Below, one piece after another: positions 34,963 through 44,103 of a stretch of DNA of 64,000 bases. Made by a program: the position numbers and the translations under genes. Below the pieces are notes generated by a model. That model did no database searches. It worked only from the letters and a program-made list of their open reading frames with translations, and had not been told where the DNA came from. The DNA is taken from IMG/VR virus record IMGVR_UViG_2537561978_000005; one strand, written 5' to 3'. Numbering within the stretch: the stretch's first letter is position 1; every line of letters starts with the position of its first letter. This stretch comes from a virus (taxonomy: Duplodnaviria > Heunggongvirae > Uroviricota > Caudoviricetes).

Positions 34963-36046
34963 GAGCAATATTTATAAAGATCCGCGCTGGCTGTCGCTGG
35001 TGGAGAAATATAAAGACAATTGGGTACTGGCAGCAAAAGAATTGTTTGATATTGATTTAAGCCACCAGCAACAACAAATTGTTGAAGCTATACAGCCCAA
35101 TAATGCAAAAGCTACTGTCACCACTCCGTATGGGATCGGACGACCGCAAGTGCTTGCTGTTATTAGTACCCTTTATACGATTATGTATCCTGATTCCCGG
35201 ACAGTAATTGTTTATCCAAAATCAAATGTTTGCAAAAGAGGAATTGTTGCATATGTGTGGCAATGTTGGGAGGCATTGCTGAAAAAACAACCTTTTATCA
35301 TTGAGTATTTTAAGGTCGGTGATAGCGGTCTGATGTTCAATGAATTTTGGGGAATGTGCTTTTGTAACTTCCGCCTTAACTATGAAGATAGCATTGCAGG
35401 TCACTACGCCGACCATCTTTTATTCATTATTGTGGATTCCGCACATATCAGCGATCGGGCATACAGCATTGTGTGGGCAAGCATGACTAGTGGTGATTCA
35501 CGCATATTGCTCACTTCAATTCCGTCACCAGAGGAAATAGGCTTTTTTTATGATTCACATCATGGACGTGCTTTAGCTGAAGATAATCCGAGTGGTGTAT
35601 ATAAAGCCATTAAGCTGAGTGCGGAGGATTCACCATTTATTACCCAAGAATATCTTGATCATTTTGCCGAAAGGTATGGCGGGCGAAATAGTGATGACTA
35701 TCGTCGTATGATTCTTGGTGAGTTCCCTGGTATTAGGGAGGCTGTTCTTGAATCAGATATGCCGAAGACAATGCGCTTTTCGATGCCTGATGGTAGTGAA
35801 TGGACAATACCATTACGAGTGATAGCCCGGCATCATGCGCAGCACCACGCCAAAAAACATGGCGTCACGACATTAGAATGGTTGAAATCGCACACCATTC
35901 CACTCTTCACTGCAGATCACAATGCTATCGTTGAGTGGGCAAAAACAATTCCGTGGGAGAATGTCGCTGAATACGCCCACATGCTAAAACCGCCGAAAGA
36001 CAGGCAAGAAATTAGCTGGCTGACAGCAGAAAAAATCATTGAGTGA
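34952..36046 (+). CDS. Terminase-large-subunit paralogue with degenerate ATPase motifs
   Basis: Aligns with PacB N-terminal half (DPRW, HQQQQI, FYDSHH, DNP.G, SPF, EYGGR, LG.FP) but Walker A SGHGTGKS is TPYGIGRP and Walker B LDEAS is VDSAH; track start 34661 is an upstream extension, ATG 34952 follows GGAAGTGG. Confidence 0.55.
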   Translation: MATKSNIYKDPRWLSLVEKYKDNWVLAAKELFDIDLSHQQQQIVEAIQPNNAKATVTTPYGIGRPQVLAVISTLYTIMYPDSRTVIVYPKSNVCKRGIVAYVWQCWEALLKKQPFIIEYFKVGDSGLMFNEFWGMCFCNFRLNYEDSIAGHYADHLLFIIVDSAHISDRAYSIVWASMTSGDSRILLTSIPSPEEIGFFYDSHHGRALAEDNPSGVYKAIKLSAEDSPFITQEYLDHFAERYGGRNSDDYRRMILGEFPGIREAVLESDMPKTMRFSMPDGSEWTIPLRVIARHHAQHHAKKHGVTTLEWLKSHTIPLFTADHNAIVEWAKTIPWENVAEYAHMLKPPKDRQEISWLTAEKIIE

Positions 36047-36050
36047 TAGT

Positions 36051-36080
36051 AAGAAGCCCGCCTGGTTGAGCGGGCTTCTT
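36051..36080 (+). terminator. Rho-independent terminator between convergent genes
   Basis: GAAGCCCGC-ctggttga-GCGGGCTTC followed by TTTT. Confidence 0.6.
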
Positions 36081-36081
36081 T

Positions 36082-36462
36082 TCAAATATTGGAACCATAT
36101 AGTTCACGTAGTTTTTTCGCTACTGAAGATACGGGGATTTCACCAGTTGCAGCCCCCACTGCAAGCTCCACCAGCACGGGATCATCATATACCTGTATAC
36201 CGTTACGGCGTAGAAATAGCAGCGCACTGTTTAGCGCGGTACGCTTATTGGCATCATTGAATATATGCCCTCTCGCCGTAGCCACCAGGTAGGTGGCGGA
36301 GACTTCGAAAAGGTCGGTGATCTCTTCGTAGGCAACTCTGGCCTGAACTCTCCCGATAATGGCCTCTGCCCTACCCGGATCTGACATTCCCGGCAGGCCG
36401 CCGTAGCGGCTTATATTCGCATCATGAAGCGCAATAAGTTCTTCCGGTGATATATGCCTCAT
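36082..36462 (-). CDS. doc: Doc toxin (Fic/Doc family)
   Basis: 126 aa, Fic motif HIFNDANKR; essentially the P1 Doc sequence as I recall it. Confidence 0.9.
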
Positions 36463-36683
36463 TATCGGTTAACCAGTTCCTTGTTGGTGGAGTCCAGGGT
36501 GTCAAACAGGGATGCAAATTCGGCATCCAGCGCCGCTTTTTTGTAGGCTTCAAAAGTAGCCTTGCTGACAATTACTGCTGGCTCACGGCCTCTGCGGGTG
36601 ATTTCAACCTCTTCCCCGGCTTCAACATTGTTGAGCACTTCAGAAAGGTTGCCGCGCGCGGTACGGAAGTTAATGGATTGCAT
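36462..36683 (-). CDS. phd: Phd antitoxin
   Basis: [73 protein letters not shown], 73 aa; stop overlaps doc start. Confidence 0.9.
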
Positions 36684-36791
36684 AAACACCTCGTGTGCTC
36701 GTTATGTGTACGCAATTATAGGTTTTAATGATGCTGAATACCACTTCTTGGTGCCTTAAATCCTCGAGATGCAGTCTTGCAATTGCTGGGA

Positions 36792-37214
36792 TTAAGCAGA
36801 ATAAGTGGTTGGAATTCTGAGCAGTAATCCAATCTTGGCTATGTGCTCATATGGCAGCTCTCCGGTTTTACCATCATGTATCGAGGCTATCAGATTCAAT
36901 TCTTGCGCCGCTTTACGAATTTCAGTTTCTGATGGAACAAGGCGAAAACCGATGTGTAACATTTTGATATAGAAAGGTAATAGTTCGTACTTCACCCGTA
37001 ACTGTGCTGCCGCATCTTTCAAATCATGGATGATTTCTTGTTTTAAGTCAGAGCGGGGATTCGATAGCTTTGCTTGGTTAGACAATAACAGATGCGATAT
37101 TTCCCCCAACTGTTCCTTGAATGAAATGTAAGACTCAACCCCCTTGATGATGAGTCGACCTAGGACAAAAACGCTTACTCCAGTGACAACAGTGACAAAA
37201 GCAGACGAACTCAT
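36792..37214 (-). CDS. Hypothetical membrane-anchored protein between humD and phd
   Basis: 140 aa, N-terminal TM helix VTVVTGVSVFVLGRLII. Confidence 0.5.
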   Translation of the reverse strand: MSSSAFVTVVTGVSVFVLGRLIIKGVESYISFKEQLGEISHLLLSNQAKLSNPRSDLKQEIIHDLKDAAAQLRVKYELLPFYIKMLHIGFRLVPSETEIRKAAQELNLIASIHDGKTGELPYEHIAKIGLLLRIPTTYSA

Positions 37215-37348
37215 TCGCGTACCTAAAAAGAGAATTATAACCTCATCTTATCTTCAAGTGAGTAACCGCGTCTAATGGGAGGAATCATTTAAATGGCCAG
37301 GGCGATATAGATCCAGTCATGCCTCTCTATGGTTTCTCTGAAAACAAA

Positions 37349-37738
37349 TCATATAGCAGGACTATCATCAAATTCACCGCCCCTGGCGTCATTGATAATG
37401 TGGGTGATCACACCAAAAACAGCATTACTACCCGTGTAACCATCGTCATCTACTGGTAACGCCTCTTTCTTCCCGGTGCTTAAATCCTCCAGGTGCTGGC
37501 GCGGATACTTCCGGTATCTTTTTACGCGATATTCTCCCTCCATAGCGCACACAAGCAGCGAACCATCAACTGGAGTAAGCGAAGAATCAACCACCAGCAA
37601 AGCACCCTGCAATATTCCCTCACGGTGATGGCTGTCTGCCGCCCGCATGAAGTATGTCGCTGATGGATGCCTGATTAGTTGCTGATCAAGAGAAATTCGG
37701 CTTTCAACATAGTCCGCCGCAGGAGAAGGGAAGCCCAT
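37349..37738 (-). CDS. humD: UmuD'-like protein (HumD-like), pre-processed form
   Basis: MGFPSPAADYVE start corresponds to the post-cleavage N-terminus of UmuD'; LexA box 20 bp upstream. Confidence 0.7.
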   Translation of the reverse strand: MGFPSPAADYVESRISLDQQLIRHPSATYFMRAADSHHREGILQGALLVVDSSLTPVDGSLLVCAMEGEYRVKRYRKYPRQHLEDLSTGKKEALPVDDDGYTGSNAVFGVITHIINDARGGEFDDSPAI

Positions 37739-37757
37739 AGCGTTTTCACCTCAATAA

Positions 37758-37777
37758 TACTGTTCATTTATACAGTA
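37758..37777. promoter_or_regulatory. LexA (SOS) box
   Basis: TACTGTTCATTTATACAGTA fits the CTGT-N8-ACAG consensus. Confidence 0.7.
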
Positions 37778-37985
37778 TACATTAAAGAGACACATTTGGT
37801 GCAAACGCGTTACGTACATCAACCACCGCAGATGATTTTGTGCGCTTTGCTACTATTCATCACCAACGAATCAGCGTAACCTCGTTGCCCGGATTAGAGA
37901 AATGCAAAACGATAATAAAGGCTAAATCGAGGTAGAAAACACATTGTTTAAGGCCACTAATTGTGACCTCAAAGGGGAGAGATGC

Positions 37986-38510
37986 TTATTGGCTATGGCT
38001 AAAAATCAAATGAGACACTTCATGTGGTTGTAGCTCGTCAAGATCCGGGGCCACAAAACCTTTTCCGAAAGACTTCACAAGTGATTCACCAGCCGCATCA
38101 TTGTCACCTATTACGCGAAAGTCATACGGCAGCATCGCAAGTTGACGGCGTAATCCTGCGGAGAAAGTTGAACCTAACAGCGCCCACGAATTGCCGCCCG
38201 CGTTGTGTACAGCTGCGCTCTTAAAAATAGACTCAGTTATCCATATTGGGCCATCTTTTAAAGGAAGATAGGTTCCCCAAAGTAACTGTCTGCCGTGTGA
38301 TCGCGTGAAATACCGGGCCATCTTCGGATTGCTATGCTGCTTAGGTGCACCTGGTCTATATGTCTGATACCCAGCCAACATCCCATCAAACCTGTAGAGA
38401 GGGAATGTAACTACTCCTTCGCTTTCATCGATCCACTGTCTATATGGGTGTATATCATGGCGGTAGTTGCGAGTTAGCAAATGAGCTTCCAGCTTTCCAA
38501 ATTTTGTCAT
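37986..38510 (-). CDS. Hypothetical protein
   Basis: Track ORF 37986..38537; start set to ATG overlapping upstream stop (ATGA). Confidence 0.5.
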   Translation of the reverse strand: MTKFGKLEAHLLTRNYRHDIHPYRQWIDESEGVVTFPLYRFDGMLAGYQTYRPGAPKQHSNPKMARYFTRSHGRQLLWGTYLPLKDGPIWITESIFKSAAVHNAGGNSWALLGSTFSAGLRRQLAMLPYDFRVIGDNDAAGESLVKSFGKGFVAPDLDELQPHEVSHLIFSHSQ

Positions 38511-38812
38511 ATTCCGTTCTTCCTGCATACTGGGCATGTGTTCTCTGTGAAATATGGGAAACTATTATCCAGCTCATCTACCCACTGTTTATGGTCGAAG
38601 CAGAAAAATATCTCCCACGGCATTCCATATTCTTCCATCCATAGGCGGATCTGCATTTCTATTGGAATCGGCGGTATTGCAGACACCATATCAACAGGAT
38701 AACAGTTCAGACGACGTTCCAGTTCTTCTACTCTCTTCTGGAGATGAAATATCCGATCCAGATGCACACGCCGCTCCCGTGCCATTTTAAAATAAAGCTC
38801 GCCGGTCATCAT
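38507..38812 (-). CDS. Small Cys-rich protein, paralogue of 38812..39096
   Basis: Shared C-terminal PWE.F.C.DH..W.DELD.SFPYF....CP.CR motif. Confidence 0.5.
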   Translation of the reverse strand: MMTGELYFKMARERRVHLDRIFHLQKRVEELERRLNCYPVDMVSAIPPIPIEMQIRLWMEEYGMPWEIFFCFDHKQWVDELDNSFPYFTENTCPVCRKNGI

Positions 38813-39096
38813 TAACGCCTACATTCAGGGCAAGAGTTCCCTTCTGCAAAATAGGGGAAACTGCTATCAAGCTCATCACACCATCTGCGATGGTCGTAGC
38901 ACCAAAACGCCTCCCACGGTGCACGGAAATACTTCATCCACCAGGACACTCGATCAGGTATATCTGCTGGTGGCAGTTCTTCTGGCAATAATTTGCCTGA
39001 TAATTCCCTTTCCGCCCGCGACAGCATTTTTTTGAGGCTCGCGTTCTCTTTTTCAAGCTCATCTACGCGCACCTGTAATTCAGCTTTCGTTGGCAT
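38812..39096 (-). CDS. Small Cys-rich protein, paralogue of 38507..38812
   Basis: Start MPTKAEL after SD GAGGTG; same C-terminal motif. Confidence 0.5.
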   Translation of the reverse strand: MPTKAELQVRVDELEKENASLKKMLSRAERELSGKLLPEELPPADIPDRVSWWMKYFRAPWEAFWCYDHRRWCDELDSSFPYFAEGNSCPECRR

Positions 39097-40600
39097 GGTC
39101 CACCTCATGCTTTTCAGCCACCAGCGGCAATAAAGCCCTGGCCATCTTATGAACCAATAGTGCATCAATAATGCCAAGCGTATGCCCCGGCTTAATGTTT
39201 AATGCCGCCTCAAGGCGACACCTTTCCAGGCCACTTTTCTCGGCTTGTTTATGATGATCTGGTGTAATAACGTCGCCCAAAACACGGCTAATTCTTTCTC
39301 GTAATTGCTGGGTGCCAGCACACTTGATCGCTGTATCGTGGAGACGGTTAACCAGTTCGCGATAAACATGCGGCTTAATGCGGATACGTTCACCGGTGAC
39401 GCCCTTTCCTGGCGCTGGCACCGAACTATCCGGAATATCCGGATAGTTGCCTGCCAGTCTACGCAACACAGCCTTAACGGCCTCAATACGGTCATCATCG
39501 CAACTTTCCGCCGTATCTATGCGGTCGAGCATGATGATGGCGTTATCAATATCAGGATTGCCGGTCCACTCATTACCGCGATTGGATTCGGCAGACTGGT
39601 TACCAGATGCGGGTTGATTGTCGGCCTTACCCAGCCTGTCGTCGCTGCATGAATGCCCTTCCAGCCAGGCCAATGCTTGTCGCATGAAATACGCAATATG
39701 CTTGCCGTGGTAATCGTCTTCATCGATGTGAAAAGCGATACTGCGGATATATTCAATTGCGTTTTCAATGGCCTCCGGCGTTACCGGTGCTGACATATTT
39801 TGATTTTGGAGTGCCAAGACGCGGCTGGCATCCTCTACGCCTTTAACTGCATCTGCGCAGTAGTTATAGCGATTGCATTCCACTAACTTCTGCTTGAGAT
39901 TTTCAATTGCTTGCGCGACATCAGCCTGTATTGGCGGAACGGCTGTTTGCTCTCGAACGTCATTAGTCGCTATCGGTTCTGCTGCCAACTGACTGGCATA
40001 TTTGTTAATGGTAACGATAAGCTCTTGCTCGGCCTCATCCAGACAATCACCGATACCTCGCCTGTCACCGTCAAAATCATCGAAATCGGCACGAACTCTG
40101 GCAAACTTCAGGATTGCTGACAACACCTCACTAGGAATTACCGGATAGTTGGTTGACGTTTCCGCGATTTCCCGAAAATTATTGGTTGACGAATTCTTGC
40201 TTTCCCGAAAGTTTCCGGACTGAAGCATGGCGGTGCGGCAGGCGTTCCATATTTCGGCAGCAATATCGCGCTCGCTATCGGTTAATTTGTACGTGGAAAC
40301 ATAGCCAGAGAGCATTTCTACGTTTTCCGGAGTTGCTTCTTCCGGCACTACCGGCGCTGGCGGGGCGATGCGTCCAAGCAACTTATTTACCTCTTTCGCC
40401 ATCGCGTCATATTTATCTAAATGGCGATTAGCTTCTAAGCAGACTCGGCGCATCTGATCTGAGTTAACTCGTTTAACTGGATCTGCTTCCAGCGATGCCA
40501 GCGCAATCCGTGCCAGTTCCATTTGTTCACCACGGGTAAGCCCGTTTTCAAGCGGATTTTTAATGAACAATTCAATACGTTCTTTGGTAATAGTGGTCAT
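39080..40600 (-). CDS. Hypothetical protein
   Basis: 506 aa ORF. Confidence 0.6.
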   Translation of the reverse strand: MTTITKERIELFIKNPLENGLTRGEQMELARIALASLEADPVKRVNSDQMRRVCLEANRHLDKYDAMAKEVNKLLGRIAPPAPVVPEEATPENVEMLSGYVSTYKLTDSERDIAAEIWNACRTAMLQSGNFRESKNSSTNNFREIAETSTNYPVIPSEVLSAILKFARVRADFDDFDGDRRGIGDCLDEAEQELIVTINKYASQLAAEPIATNDVREQTAVPPIQADVAQAIENLKQKLVECNRYNYCADAVKGVEDASRVLALQNQNMSAPVTPEAIENAIEYIRSIAFHIDEDDYHGKHIAYFMRQALAWLEGHSCSDDRLGKADNQPASGNQSAESNRGNEWTGNPDIDNAIIMLDRIDTAESCDDDRIEAVKAVLRRLAGNYPDIPDSSVPAPGKGVTGERIRIKPHVYRELVNRLHDTAIKCAGTQQLRERISRVLGDVITPDHHKQAEKSGLERCRLEAALNIKPGHTLGIIDALLVHKMARALLPLVAEKHEVDHANES

Positions 40601-40610
40601 GTGTTACTCC

Positions 40611-40874
40611 TTAACCCGCAGTGCTTTCAACTGATGAGGGGAACAAAATCTTTTCATCAAACCCTGCATTCATATCATGAACAGCAACACACCAATCCAT
40701 CGACGAACGATTATCAAGAGTCTCCATGATTTCATCCATGCGGCGCAGGTCATACAGGTAAATGCTTTTATCGCCAATGGTGTAAAAACCAATTTTTTTC
40801 GGTGATGGACAGCGATCAAGAACGTCCTGTAATTCGCTCAACCATGCTTGTTCTTTTTTTGTCAAAGTTGCCAT
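40611..40874 (-). CDS. Hypothetical small protein
   Basis: 87 aa ORF. Confidence 0.45.
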   Translation of the reverse strand: MATLTKKEQAWLSELQDVLDRCPSPKKIGFYTIGDKSIYLYDLRRMDEIMETLDNRSSMDWCVAVHDMNAGFDEKILFPSSVESTAG

Positions 40875-40875
40875 A

Positions 40876-41514
40876 TCACTCTCCTTTGATGCGAATGCCA
40901 GCGACGCGGATTGCAGCGATGACTTCAGAAACTTTGTATGCCATTACCGTTTGGTAATCCTCGTGAAAATCTGTTCGATGAAGCATGCTGCTACGTTCTG
41001 GGAGCGATATTTCCCGTGCTTCCAGTTCTGCAATGCGCTTCTCTGCGGATTCCAACGCCGCAACCAATTCGTCTACAGTTCCGGCAGCTTGCAGTGCGTA
41101 ATCGGTAATAGCCATCTCATGATCAATTTCAGTACCGTTCTCATTCGTTGAGGTGATAGCAAAATAATCAGAGTCGATTTCGTTATCAGCTAAGTGGCGT
41201 AGCGTATCGGCAACAAGCCGGCCGTTTTCGATTAGCAGCTTCCCTACCGTAAGCGCAATATCCTCGTTCTCCTGGTCGCGAGATTTGATGTATTGCTGGT
41301 TTCTTTCCAGTTCATCCAGTAATGCCAAAGCAACCTTTGGATTAAAGGCAGCAATAAATTCAGCGTTGTTTTTCAGAACGTGTTGCGCAATGGCCTGACC
41401 ACTTAGTCGGACCTTATAACCACGTGCGCCACGGTGTGGTTTATATGAGTCCCAGTCTCCCCACGTTGCTTTCTCTGCCGCCTCACGCAGTGCCTGGTAA
41501 TTAATTTTGCTCAC
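40876..41514 (-). CDS. Ead/Ea22-like protein
   Basis: N-terminus MSKINYQALREAAEKAT and AAFNPKVALALLDELE typical of lambdoid Ea22-like early proteins. Confidence 0.5.
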   Translation of the reverse strand: MSKINYQALREAAEKATWGDWDSYKPHRGARGYKVRLSGQAIAQHVLKNNAEFIAAFNPKVALALLDELERNQQYIKSRDQENEDIALTVGKLLIENGRLVADTLRHLADNEIDSDYFAITSTNENGTEIDHEMAITDYALQAAGTVDELVAALESAEKRIAELEAREISLPERSSMLHRTDFHEDYQTVMAYKVSEVIAAIRVAGIRIKGE

Positions 41515-42046
41515 TGACTGCCTCCTTCTTAATCAGTTTACACAGGTGCTCCACAGCCACAGAGAGTGCATCCACCGCTCGTTTATCCAGACGCGGGGCC
41601 AGAGCAAGCAGTTCATTTATTGCAATCTGAATACCATGCTCCGCCGCCAGCGCCGCGCGATTGCTCTCCAGCTCTGCAATGCGCTGTTTTGCGGTATCAA
41701 GTTCAATCGATAATTTTTCCAACTGCTCTTTATGCTTCTTGTATTCCTGATATGCGTGCCAGGACTGACCTTTGCGCACACTATCAGTAATATCAGTAAT
41801 CTGTTCTGGTGTTAGAGTGGTCAGTGGCTGTGCTGGGAAAATCAGCACTTTCCCGGAATCCCAATCAAAACCAGCGTGAATTGACTGAACCTCAACTGAG
41901 GGTGTTGAACCAATGCTGCCAGGCGAATGAACAACGATCGTTACATCCATATCGCGACGATGGCTGTGGTTGTTGGACAAAATACGATTCAACAAAATAC
42001 GATTCACCAACTCAGAAAATTTGGAGAATTTCATGCGGAGCCTCAA
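41501..42046 (-). CDS. Ea22-like paralogue (C-terminal domain type)
   Basis: Coiled-coil IAELE/NRAALAAE segment shared with neighbours. Confidence 0.4.
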   Translation of the reverse strand: MRLRMKFSKFSELVNRILLNRILSNNHSHRRDMDVTIVVHSPGSIGSTPSVEVQSIHAGFDWDSGKVLIFPAQPLTTLTPEQITDITDSVRKGQSWHAYQEYKKHKEQLEKLSIELDTAKQRIAELESNRAALAAEHGIQIAINELLALAPRLDKRAVDALSVAVEHLCKLIKKEAVSEQN

Positions 42047-42453
42047 TATGCAAAATAGACCGTTGCCACGCCGTTATAGTGATCAAACGATACGGCGTTT
42101 ACTTCATAACTGGCCGGGAGCTTCGAGCCAAGAACGTATCCGGGCCACGTTTTCCATGGAATTTCTCTATTCTCACTACCCCCATATACCGTACATCCAA
42201 GTGAACCTACAGCTTCATTAGAACGCGTGCCGCACGTTATGAATCCCAGATTTTGCTTACTGCTCTTAATGGTGATTGAGTGAACGCTGGCTGATGCATT
42301 AGCAGCACGCTGTGCCTGTTGGTTTGCGATATTCGCAGAGTTCGCAGCAGCTACAGCAGCCGTAGTCGCGGCGGTAGAGGCTACAATAGCTGCTGAAGCA
42401 TGCACTTGTTGGATATTCACCAACAATGCCGCGATAAAAATCATCTTCTTCAC
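42043..42453 (-). CDS. Secreted hypothetical protein
   Basis: 136 aa, N-terminal signal peptide MKKMIFIAALLVNIQQVHA. Confidence 0.5.
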   Translation of the reverse strand: MKKMIFIAALLVNIQQVHASAAIVASTAATTAAVAAANSANIANQQAQRAANASASVHSITIKSSKQNLGFITCGTRSNEAVGSLGCTVYGGSENREIPWKTWPGYVLGSKLPASYEVNAVSFDHYNGVATVYFAY

Positions 42454-43172
42454 TTGTCAGCTCCTTTGCGAATCTGTTCCGCCCATTCTTCAAGGGATTT
42501 CTCCGCATATTCACCAGACAGGCCATCAATCGGATGCGCTTCATTAGCCAACTCTTCTTTCGCTGACAAAATCATGCGTGTAACGTCGAAAACTTCACGC
42601 AAAGACTTATTGATAAATCCGTGATTGAACGCAGCAGCAAGACGGCTGGCGGTATAGTTAACTCCCTCGTTGCGTGCTTCCGCACGAATTTCAGCCAGAA
42701 AAGCATCGGTGGCTGGCATATTTCCTGTTGCCTTCATGGCCTCCAAAATAACCAGAACGCCATCTCGCCCAACCTCCTCAGCGATAACCTCGGTGTTGTC
42801 GCCAACAACATCGCAGAATGCCTGAACTGCCTTACGAGCCAGTTCATTCTCCGCCGCCAGCGCCGCGAGATTAGTCTCAAGCTCTGCAATTCGACACATA
42901 GCATCAATATTTGTGTCCTCCAGGCGCTTAATTTCACCAAGAAGCTCCAGTGCAACCTTTGGGTTGAACGCGGCAACATAACGAGCGTTGTTCTCTGCAT
43001 TTTTCTGTCCATCAAAGCCGGTCCATTTGATAACGTCTTCACATCGTTCATCACCGGGCGTGTGCACCGCATAAGTACCAGTATCCGTCGAAATAAATGC
43101 GACCCATTCGTCTGGTGTTGCCTTTTCTGCCGCCTCACGCAGTACCTGATAGTCAATTGTCATTCTCGCCAT
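42450..43172 (-). CDS. Ead/Ea22-like protein
   Basis: MARMTIDYQVLREAAEKAT ... AAFNPKVALELLGEIKRLE. Confidence 0.5.
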   Translation of the reverse strand: MARMTIDYQVLREAAEKATPDEWVAFISTDTGTYAVHTPGDERCEDVIKWTGFDGQKNAENNARYVAAFNPKVALELLGEIKRLEDTNIDAMCRIAELETNLAALAAENELARKAVQAFCDVVGDNTEVIAEEVGRDGVLVILEAMKATGNMPATDAFLAEIRAEARNEGVNYTASRLAAAFNHGFINKSLREVFDVTRMILSAKEELANEAHPIDGLSGEYAEKSLEEWAEQIRKGADK

Positions 43173-43804
43173 CCTTCACAGTTGTAATCACGACAGCCTT
43201 CAAAATCATATGGGCTGTACTGCCAGGTTATTTTTCCGCAATGCGGACAATTCCAACGCACCTTCCCGCTTCGCGACTTCTTTCTTCTGTTCTGCTCTTT
43301 CAACCAGTCAGGCATGACCAAACCTGCGCCCTGAACCATTGTTCTGCGGTTAAAGTTATTGATATTGAACGTCCGGCGCTTTGCTGCATCAGCAATGGAA
43401 AATGGCAACCAAACTATTCCTGGTTCGTTTTTGTTGGCGAAGCTAAAGATGGTCGCTTTACTGAAGTCATCTGTTGGCAATCCACCGTGTTGAAGCCAGT
43501 AAACATCGTTGCCGTTCCAGCTACCTTTTTTGTAGGCCACATACTCAGTGCAATCTGACTCAATCAGGCTTTCTGTAGGGATGTACTGGCAATCAACGTG
43601 CCACACAGCCATTGCATCCACACTATCGGCACAAACAGGCTGATCGATATCTCGCCCACAATTCCAGGCTTTTTGGGCTTCTTCCAGCGTGTAAATATGA
43701 GCGCGATCGATATCAGAACTGTAACCATTGCCGTTATGGCAATGGAATGAGGCGTTATTACCCACAGTTTCACGCAAGCACATCATGTAAAAGCGGTTAT
43801 TCAC
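43160..43804 (-). CDS. Hypothetical Cys-rich protein
   Basis: 214 aa; CPHCGK and CEGW motifs. Confidence 0.5.
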   Translation of the reverse strand: MNNRFYMMCLRETVGNNASFHCHNGNGYSSDIDRAHIYTLEEAQKAWNCGRDIDQPVCADSVDAMAVWHVDCQYIPTESLIESDCTEYVAYKKGSWNGNDVYWLQHGGLPTDDFSKATIFSFANKNEPGIVWLPFSIADAAKRRTFNINNFNRRTMVQGAGLVMPDWLKEQNRRKKSRSGKVRWNCPHCGKITWQYSPYDFEGCRDYNCEGWRE

Positions 43805-44090
43805 TGGTTGCCTCCGCTTCCCACGTTTTCAGACTTTCACCACAGAATGGGCAAAATGAAACTCGAATAGGCGATTTAGAAAATTCACCAGACCGCAGCA
43901 TGATCAGGTCTTGTGAATGAATTAATTCATGGTTATAGATTTTGTATTTCAGCAGACCTTTCCGCGTCGTGTATTCAGCATCCTGCTCCAGAGATTGTGC
44001 CAACGCCGCGCACGGTTCTATTTTTTTGTCATTAATCAAACAAGTGGAGATTCTGCACTTTGCAGCTCCGTCACCATTACCTTGACTCAT
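43797..44090 (-). CDS. Hypothetical small protein with zinc-ribbon-like CPFCG
   Basis: 97 aa. Confidence 0.4.
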   Translation of the reverse strand: MSQGNGDGAAKCRISTCLINDKKIEPCAALAQSLEQDAEYTTRKGLLKYKIYNHELIHSQDLIMLRSGEFSKSPIRVSFCPFCGESLKTWEAEATSE

Positions 44091-44103
44091 TGCATTGCTC
44101 CCA

